Positions 57,232 to 64,000 of a DNA stretch of 64,000 nucleotides are shown here, in pieces. Location: contig OY776562.1 of assembly GCA_963675785.1 (NCBI GenBank), forward strand, positions 480,001 to 544,000, written 5' to 3'. A program made the position numbers and the translations under genes. This DNA is from Anaerolineae bacterium (GTDB taxonomy: Bacteria > Chloroflexota > Anaerolineae > UBA1429). Position 1 is the first letter of the stretch, and each line of letters begins with the position of its first letter. A model generated the notes under the pieces. It was not told the origin of the DNA. It ran no database searches and worked only from the letters and a program-made list of their open reading frames with translations.

Positions 57232-57240
57232 GCTTGATCG

Positions 57241-57268
57241 AAAAGGGGAGGCCAACTGGCCTCCCCTT
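57241..57268 (+). terminator. Intercistronic hairpin/terminator after the BMP gene
   Basis: AAGGGGAGGCC/GGCCTCCCCTT inverted repeat with a weak T tail. Confidence 0.6.
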
Positions 57269-57334
57269 GCCTCTACTTGCTGATATAGGTTCCACTGATT
57301 TCTTTGTGTCGAACATCTCAAACTAGGAGCCTCT

Positions 57335-58498
57335 ATGTCCGAGACTTCTCAGGTGACGCAGCGGCACTCCTCCTTTTGGGCCTTTATCTCGAAACCGCTT
57401 GTCGTCCCTGCTCTTGCCCTTTTTTCCGCGTTTCTCGTTGGTGCAATCCTCATGCTCCTCTCGGGTGATAACCCTCTGCAGGCTTATTGGGGACTGCTGC
57501 GAGGGGCCTTTGGTGATCTGGGTGCCGTCTCACGAACATTGCGCAGGGCCACACCTTTTATTCTGACCGGCCTTGCCGTTGCTATTGGTTTCAAGGCAGG
57601 CCTGTTCAACATCGGCGCTTCGGGCCAATATCTTATGGGCACCATTTGCTCCGTATGGGTAGGGCTCAATTTTGAGGGACTCCCCGCCTTTTTGCATGTG
57701 TTTTTGGCTTTACTTGCCGGCATGTTGGGTGGTGCTGTGTGGGCGGCTATCGCCGGTTTTTTGCGAGCATGGAGGGGGGCGAGCGAAGTCATTACCACCA
57801 TTATGCTCAACTATGTCGCCTCTCTATTTGCCGGCTGGACCGTCTATGCAGGCTCGACGACAGGACAGCAGCTTTCCGGTCCTCTGTCCTCGCCTTCTGC
57901 CGCCGCTCTTGGCATTTCGCAGAGTGAAGAGATTTTTGCGAGTGCGCGTCTTCCTGAATTACTTCCAAACCTACTCGACCGCGTTCACTGGGGGCTCATC
58001 ATTGCTCTGGGCATGGCCTTGTTGGTTTGGTGGATTATGAAAAAGACCAACTTGGGTTTCGAGATCCGAACCGTAGGCGCTAGCCCCGATGCGGCACGCT
58101 ATGCGGGCATTCATTCTGCACGTACTATCGTGTTGGTCATGGCTATGTCTGGCGCCTTGGCCGGTTTGGCCGGTGCCGTGGAAACGCTGGGGCTCAATTT
58201 CAAATATTCCCCAGAATTTACGGGTGGCGTAGGTTTTGAAGGCATCACCATCGCCTTACTAGGAGGGAACAGCCCATTTGGCATTATTCTCTCGGCTCTT
58301 TTGATGGGCGGCCTCGACGCTGGTGCGGCTAAAATGCAATTCGATTCAGGTGTTGCCAGCGAACTCATCCAGGTTGTACAGTCCCTGGTTCTTGTCTTTG
58401 TGGCCGCACCAGAGATTATCCGCACCATCTATCGACTGCACAAGCCCTCAGTTGAAGAACAGCTTGCGGAGACGGGAAGAGGAGGTAGAGAAGCATGA
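57335..58498 (+). CDS. Nucleoside/sugar ABC permease 1
   Basis: GLFNIG..GQ, EVITTIMLNY, GFEIR.VG.SPDAARYAG, GF.GI.IALLG. Confidence 0.92.
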   Translation: MSETSQVTQRHSSFWAFISKPLVVPALALFSAFLVGAILMLLSGDNPLQAYWGLLRGAFGDLGAVSRTLRRATPFILTGLAVAIGFKAGLFNIGASGQYLMGTICSVWVGLNFEGLPAFLHVFLALLAGMLGGAVWAAIAGFLRAWRGASEVITTIMLNYVASLFAGWTVYAGSTTGQQLSGPLSSPSAAALGISQSEEIFASARLPELLPNLLDRVHWGLIIALGMALLVWWIMKKTNLGFEIRTVGASPDAARYAGIHSARTIVLVMAMSGALAGLAGAVETLGLNFKYSPEFTGGVGFEGITIALLGGNSPFGIILSALLMGGLDAGAAKMQFDSGVASELIQVVQSLVLVFVAAPEIIRTIYRLHKPSVEEQLAETGRGGREA

Positions 58499-59556
58499 GC
58501 TTGCATGAACAGGCGAGCACGACACTGCTCAAGATTGCCCGCTTTACCTCCAAAGGCTCGGTTATTGCCGTCATTCTGATGCTGGTCGCTATTGTGGTCG
58601 TCAACACCACAAGTCTCAGTGAAGGCTGGATGAGCCTTTTTCTAGATACCAGTGTACTCAATTTTGCATTGCGAGCTGCCGTTCCCTTGGCGCTGGGTGC
58701 AATGTGTGGCATTCTTTGCGAACGCTCGGGCATTATTAACATCGGTATCGAGGGGATGATATTAGCCGGTGCGTTTGGCGCCTTTGTTGTCAAAATTAGC
58801 ACGGCCAGTTTGCCTCTGTGGATGAGTCTGATTCTGGCGACTGTGGCGGGCCTGGCTTCGGGAGCTTTGTTAGGCTTGCTCCATGCGCTGCTCTGTATTC
58901 GCTTTAAAGTGAATCAGATTATCAGCGGTACTGCGATTGTTACCCTGGCTACAGGGCTTACGACCTTTTTGTTTAATCCGTCCTGGTCAAGCAGCGGCAA
59001 GTTTTCGCAATTTGCGATCCCACTATTGTCAAAAATTCCGGCTCTTGGAGAAGTGATTTTTACCAATGGCCCCATCACCTTTATTACACTTGCTCTGGTG
59101 ATCTTTTTGCAGGTCATGCTTTTCAGAAGCAAGTGGGGCTTGCGGACGCGCGCCATCGGTGAGCATCCTCGTGCTGCAGATACTGTGGGTATCAATGTCA
59201 ACAAGCGGCGCTACATCAACACGACTTTGGGTGGGGCCGTGGCCGGCCTGGCCGGCGCTTTTCTGGTTCTTGAGGCCGTTGGTCAATTCACCGAGGGTAT
59301 GAGCTCTGGTCGTGGCTATATTGCTCTGGCTGTAATGATCTTTGGTAACTGGTCTCCCATTGGTGCTTTTGGTGCAGCGCTGCTCTTTGGCTATATGCAG
59401 GGTTTGCTCAATAGCCTTTTGCTGGCGGGTGTGACTACCTTCCCACGACAGTTTTTGAGCATGTTGCCATACGTGGTGACCATTGCTGTGTTGGCTGGTT
59501 TTGTGGGCAAGACCAGGGCGCCTGCGGCCGAAGGCGAGGTCTATGAGACGGAGTGA
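58495..59556 (+). CDS. Nucleoside/sugar ABC permease 2
   Basis: ERSGIINIGIEG, NQIISG, GLR.RAIGEHP.AA, GRGYIALA..IFG.W, LPYV.T. Confidence 0.92.
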   Translation: MSLHEQASTTLLKIARFTSKGSVIAVILMLVAIVVVNTTSLSEGWMSLFLDTSVLNFALRAAVPLALGAMCGILCERSGIINIGIEGMILAGAFGAFVVKISTASLPLWMSLILATVAGLASGALLGLLHALLCIRFKVNQIISGTAIVTLATGLTTFLFNPSWSSSGKFSQFAIPLLSKIPALGEVIFTNGPITFITLALVIFLQVMLFRSKWGLRTRAIGEHPRAADTVGINVNKRRYINTTLGGAVAGLAGAFLVLEAVGQFTEGMSSGRGYIALAVMIFGNWSPIGAFGAALLFGYMQGLLNSLLLAGVTTFPRQFLSMLPYVVTIAVLAGFVGKTRAPAAEGEVYETE

Positions 59557-59560
59557 TGCC

Positions 59561-61087
59561 ATGACAGAGGTGGTTTTGGAGGCCAGAGGTATCACCAAAC
59601 GTTTCCCGGGTGTTCTGGCAAACGATAACGTTTCTCTCTCGTTGCATAAAGGTGAAATCCTTGCTCTGCTGGGTGAAAACGGGGCCGGGAAAAGTACGCT
59701 GATGAACGTGGTCTATGGTCTCTATCACCCCGATGAAGGCGAGGTCTATGTTCGCGGTGAGGCGATTCAGCTAAATAGCCCCCGAGACGCTATCGATGCT
59801 GGCATTGGCATGGTGCACCAGCATTTTCAACTTGTTCAGCCCATGACAGTATGTGAAAATATCATTCTGGGCGCTGAGATCGTTGGGCGAAATGGGTTGA
59901 TTGACATTGATAAGGCCCGCCGGCGGGTGATTGACCTCTCGGAGCGTTATGGCCTGGAAGTCGATCCCGATGCTATCATCGAGGAATTGCCTGTAGGTGT
60001 GCAGCAGAGAGTCGAGATTCTCAAGGCACTCTATCGTAATGCCGAGATCCTCATTTTGGACGAGCCCACAGCTGTGCTGACGCCTCAGGAAATTAACGAT
60101 CTTTTTCGAGTGATGAATGGACTGACTGAACGCGGCCACTCGATCATCTTTATCTCACACAAGCTCAAAGAGGTACTAGAGATCTCTCACCGCATTGTGG
60201 TGATGCGTTCTGGCCATAAGGTGGGTGAAACAGTGCCTGCTGAGGCCACTGAAGAATCTTTGGCTGAGATGATGGTGGGACGTGAGGTAATCCTTCAGGT
60301 GCCCAAAGGCAAAGCAGAGCCGGGCAAGGTGGTGCTCTCTGTCGAATCCCTGAGTGCCCGCGATGATGCCCACAGCCTGGCTGTTCAGGATGTTTCTCTT
60401 CAGGTGCGTGCTGGTGAGATTTTAGGAGTTGCCGGTGTACAGGGCAATGGGCAGACCGAATTCGTCGAAGTGTTAACCGGCCTGCGAAAGGTCGAATCAG
60501 GTTCGTTCAGCCTGAATGGCAAAGATGTTACACATGCCAGTGTTCGACACCTTGTTGAAGGCGGGTTGGCCCACATTCCTGAAAATCGTCACCGCTACGG
60601 CATGATTGATTCCTTCCCATTATCCGAGAACTTGGTGCTAAACACTTATCAGCATGAGCCTTTTTCTCGTCACGGCATCCGTGACTATGAGGCCATTGCC
60701 GAGAATGCTAATCAGCTTGTTCAAGAGTTTGATGTGCGCACACCGGGCATCAGCACTCTGGCCGGTACGCTATCTGGGGGTAACCAGCAAAAGCTGGTGG
60801 TAGCGCGAGAACTGGGGCGCGAGATTCACTTGTTGATTGCTGCTCAACCCACGCGTGGCGTTGATGTGGGTTCAATCGAGTTCATTCACTCTCAGATCGT
60901 TGCTCAGCGCGACAGGGGAGTGGCGGTTCTGTTGGTTTCGGCTGAATTGGACGAGATCATGTCGCTGTCGGATCGCATTGCCGTCATGTACGAGGGGCGC
61001 ATTATCGATACACTGGACGCCACGCGAGCAACGCGCGAGCAGATCGGTTTGCTGATGGCCGGTGTTAAGAATGGCGCAACCAGATAG
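59561..61087 (+). CDS. Nucleoside/sugar ABC ATPase (tandem ABC domains)
   Basis: GENGAGKST, GMVHQHF, LDEPTAVL, LSGGNQQK, QPTRGVD. Confidence 0.94.
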   Translation: MTEVVLEARGITKRFPGVLANDNVSLSLHKGEILALLGENGAGKSTLMNVVYGLYHPDEGEVYVRGEAIQLNSPRDAIDAGIGMVHQHFQLVQPMTVCENIILGAEIVGRNGLIDIDKARRRVIDLSERYGLEVDPDAIIEELPVGVQQRVEILKALYRNAEILILDEPTAVLTPQEINDLFRVMNGLTERGHSIIFISHKLKEVLEISHRIVVMRSGHKVGETVPAEATEESLAEMMVGREVILQVPKGKAEPGKVVLSVESLSARDDAHSLAVQDVSLQVRAGEILGVAGVQGNGQTEFVEVLTGLRKVESGSFSLNGKDVTHASVRHLVEGGLAHIPENRHRYGMIDSFPLSENLVLNTYQHEPFSRHGIRDYEAIAENANQLVQEFDVRTPGISTLAGTLSGGNQQKLVVARELGREIHLLIAAQPTRGVDVGSIEFIHSQIVAQRDRGVAVLLVSAELDEIMSLSDRIAVMYEGRIIDTLDATRATREQIGLLMAGVKNGATR

Positions 61088-61100
61088 ATTTGGATTGAGG

Positions 61101-61135
61101 ACGGGGGTATCCACATTGTGGATACCCCCGTTTTT
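61101..61135 (+). terminator. Intrinsic terminator
   Basis: ACGGGGGTATCCAC/GTGGATACCCCCGT plus T run. Confidence 0.85.
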
Positions 61136-61136
61136 C

Positions 61137-63353
61137 TTAGGTTGTTCCAGTAATGAGGGTACGTTCTTGCGATGTTTCCAGATGGACGGTGATGATCAAA
61201 TCATCGCTAAAGGTGGGCAGATGGATGTGGGTCATGTTGCCCAGCCCTTTGGAAACCACATCCGCCACTTTTATCGTTTCCAGATCAGAGGGCCGCTGGA
61301 AGATGACCGTGTAGGTGCCATTGGGCAGCCGGAGTGTGGCACTGCTTTTGTCAACAGTGGTGCCGGATGCCTTTGTGCAGCAATAGATGATGCATTGGTT
61401 ATGCGAAGGAGTTACGAGTGCAGCATGAACGAGTCTCTCGTCAGCCGTGCCAAAGGTCGTCAGAGATGGGCTCATCTTCCAAAAGGGTTGACTTTGGAAA
61501 AAGTGGGCCATAGGTTCGGTGAATTCCTGCCCCGGTGCATAGTATGTTTGTTCATCAATGCCTTCACAGCCATCCCAACTGTGCCAGGTCCAAAAGGCGC
61601 CAGCCGCACACCACAGCCAACCCTGTTTACGGCGATGAACGCCGTCATCATTGCGATGGCGTTTCTCTCTCCCCGATTCGTTACACCAGGCTGGTTTGCC
61701 GTGAGATCGCGTGTTTCGTGCCAGAGCAAGGTACCAATCTTCAAGGCTGTGCTGCTCGGTGGATGACGTGCACGAATGATTGATTGCCAGGTCCACCCAC
61801 ACCTTATCTGGCCAAACGGCATCATCAGTGGTGCCATCCGAGGTGCATACTGGGTGGCGACGCACATCGTGCTGGTGTATGTAGGTGCCTGCTGCATCTT
61901 GAAAGATCTCGTTAGCTATGTATTCGTTGGCAATCTCCCAAGTTAGCACGTTGGCGTAACGACTCAGACGTTCCAGCGTGTATTGCCAGTAGGGGCGCTG
62001 TTGCACAATATCCTCTTTTGTGGGATGCAGCGTAAAGTAGAGCACGATATCCAACCCCAAACCGTGTTCTCCGGCCAGTCGGATACGCTCTTCCACGCGA
62101 TCCCAGTAATTTTTATTGAAACAACACCATTTCGGGTCCGCGCGAGTGCCACCCCAAGGCCACATATCCATGCCCAACTGTTCGTAATAGGGAGCACCCT
62201 CCAGAGCAACGCGCAGCACATTGACACCCTGCCTTTTTGCTCGTTCGATCACATCAAGAGGGTTCTCACAAGCGAAATAGGCCCAGGCTGTCTTGTTGAG
62301 AATGAATAGATGGTCCCCCTCGTCGTTGACGAGTTGGTGTGGATAATCCGAGTCGACACGGTAAGGCGACGTCCAAGGAGGTGCAAAAGAAACCATCTCT
62401 TGGTGATATAGGATGGGGTCAGTAGCATCGTACCGGCCGGAGAAGCGCAGCAGTAGCTCTTCTCTGGTTTGGGGCGAACCGTCTTCTGCCAAGAACACAT
62501 CGGTCCATGCGGGTCGTGTCGCCGGGTCAGTCAGTGCGGCGTACGCTTTGGGGTTACGCAGATTGAGCGTGCCCAGGCGTGGGATCCACAGGCCGCCATA
62601 TTTGGCGTGGGTACGCACCTGAAAAGGTTTCAGGTCGAACATTCGGAATGTCGGGGTTGCAGCAGGTAGCTTGTCCAACAACTCTCCTTGAGCATCAACG
62701 GCATAGCTGCCCCCGTTAAAGATAGCCATGACGATGGGGATTTCACTGTCATAGGCGCGGGCGGGCACGAGATGCTGCATATCGTCAGCAATGGACTGAT
62801 GCAAGATGATGTCGGCACCCAACAGCGCTTCGCAACGCACTGTCTCTGGAAACCACATATCGGCACAGATGCTAATGCCGTATTTCACGCCGTGTAATTC
62901 GATGGGAGAAAAACTATCACCTTGCGACCAGCCCCACCAGGTTTGTTCGCCCAGATTAGCCTGGACTTTGCGATATTTGCCCACAAACTGCCCCAGCTCA
63001 TCGAGCAGAACAGCGGTACTGTAGAGGTTTTCACCCTCAGTCTCGACCATCCAGCCAAGGATCGGTGTTCCAATCTCGATGGCTAGTTTTACATAACGCA
63101 TATACCAAAATCCGTCACCCGGTATAGTCTCGGCAATGCCGTTGATCTCGTTTTCGGCGGGATAGGGCCACCCTGTAATGGCATATTCTGGAAAGACGAT
63201 GATATCCGGGTTTTGTTTTGTGGCATCGCGTGCCAGGTCGCTGAATAGGGCCCAGTTGGCCTCCATGCCAGGGTTGCCATTTTCGCTGTGTTGCATACCT
63301 GCTTGTAATACAGCTATAGCAACAGTTCGGGCCTGTTCTTGGGGGTTATGCAT
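61137..63353 (-). CDS. Fusion of carbon-nitrogen hydrolase and DUF4038/apiosidase-like clan GH-A glycoside hydrolase
   Basis: N-terminal FPE, YRK, ICAD..FPE triad. C-terminal TIM barrel with TAW, WEIANEY, KPAWCNE, then a beta-sandwich. The ATG overlaps the upstream stop. Confidence 0.8.
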   Translation of the reverse strand: MHNPQEQARTVAIAVLQAGMQHSENGNPGMEANWALFSDLARDATKQNPDIIVFPEYAITGWPYPAENEINGIAETIPGDGFWYMRYVKLAIEIGTPILGWMVETEGENLYSTAVLLDELGQFVGKYRKVQANLGEQTWWGWSQGDSFSPIELHGVKYGISICADMWFPETVRCEALLGADIILHQSIADDMQHLVPARAYDSEIPIVMAIFNGGSYAVDAQGELLDKLPAATPTFRMFDLKPFQVRTHAKYGGLWIPRLGTLNLRNPKAYAALTDPATRPAWTDVFLAEDGSPQTREELLLRFSGRYDATDPILYHQEMVSFAPPWTSPYRVDSDYPHQLVNDEGDHLFILNKTAWAYFACENPLDVIERAKRQGVNVLRVALEGAPYYEQLGMDMWPWGGTRADPKWCCFNKNYWDRVEERIRLAGEHGLGLDIVLYFTLHPTKEDIVQQRPYWQYTLERLSRYANVLTWEIANEYIANEIFQDAAGTYIHQHDVRRHPVCTSDGTTDDAVWPDKVWVDLAINHSCTSSTEQHSLEDWYLALARNTRSHGKPAWCNESGREKRHRNDDGVHRRKQGWLWCAAGAFWTWHSWDGCEGIDEQTYYAPGQEFTEPMAHFFQSQPFWKMSPSLTTFGTADERLVHAALVTPSHNQCIIYCCTKASGTTVDKSSATLRLPNGTYTVIFQRPSDLETIKVADVVSKGLGNMTHIHLPTFSDDLIITVHLETSQERTLITGTT

Positions 63354-64000
63354 TGAGAGATTCTCCTTTGGGAGCGGCACTGGTGCAAAAGACCCATAAT
63401 TGCGCGAGGTATTCGCGGTATTCGGCCAGTGACACACCTGGAGGTGTTTGGTGATCGACACCGGGAAGAAAGCCGCCAGAGCGAGCTAAAGGCAACAATC
63501 GCTCAAATTCAGCACCGATCGCTTTAGCTCCCTTGTTCATTACCATCTTGTCATAATGTCCGACCATGCACCAATGCGAGTGAATTGTACGCAGGGCATT
63601 GCCATCTACACCTGCCTGACGTTCAAGCGGTAGCACACCATCAATGCCGCAGTGTGTCAGCCAGGGGATCATTTTCGAGATATCGCCGTCACTATCGACA
63701 ATCACCAAGGTGCCCATATCATGAAGCAAGGGCACAAGCACATCATAATAAGGCGCGATAAAGGTGTTATAGAGTGATTCGGAAAGCATGGGGCCGTTGT
63801 TGTAGGACATGTCTTCGGCAAAGGTCATGAATACCGGCGGACAAATGCGCTTGACCTCTTCCAATAAGCGTACATAGTATTCGGTCAAGTCCTCATTCAT
63901 GCGCTTGAGCAGATCGGGCTGGTCGTAAAAGGAATAGAGGTGTTGCTCAATACCAAACAGGGTACGCGGATACCAGAAAAAGCCCTCCAGGGTTAGCCAG
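63346..64000 (-). CDS. Uroporphyrinogen decarboxylase (URO-D/MtaA-like) family protein, 5'-truncated by window edge
   Basis: GFFWYPR.L.G.E, FAEDM, PMLS, DSDG, PLE.QAG.D, GGF.P..DH..PP.VS. Confidence 0.85.
   Translation of the reverse strand, partial: WLTLEGFFWYPRTLFGIEQHLYSFYDQPDLLKRMNEDLTEYYVRLLEEVKRICPPVFMTFAEDMSYNNGPMLSESLYNTFIAPYYDVLVPLLHDMGTLVIVDSDGDISKMIPWLTHCGIDGVLPLERQAGVDGNALRTIHSHWCMVGHYDKMVMNKGAKAIGAEFERLLPLARSGGFLPGVDHQTPPGVSLAEYREYLAQLWVFCTSAAPKGESLNA

Overview
A chromosomal, mostly housekeeping window (moderate GC) from an anaerobic bacterium. The gene families and lipoproteins suggest Chloroflexota/Anaerolineae (inference). It contains glycolysis and pentose genes (fba, pgk, pfkA-like, gpmA, rpiA), tRNA-Leu(CAA), an ECF sigma/anti-sigma pair, ftsY-prfB with the +1 frameshift, tex-lhr, transporters, pepF, a CBS-domain tRNA nucleotidyltransferase, uxaC, crtB, DUF1015-serA and a BMP nucleoside ABC transporter. 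I saw no mobile element, CRISPR array or rRNA. Most notable: (1) an unannotated leaderless Cys-Cys-Cys leader peptide with classical attenuator geometry in front of DUF1015-serA, where DUF1015 carries SerK/SbnI-like motifs; (2) a type IV filament locus whose PilB/GspE ATPase has an N-terminal receiver domain and follows a phosphorelay cluster containing a kinase-dead DHp paralog; (3) a second leader peptide plus terminator in front of the uracil permease; (4) PfkA and dUTPase homologs with altered catalytic residues; (5) a nitrilase-family/glycoside hydrolase fusion. All calls are by eye; no searches were run.
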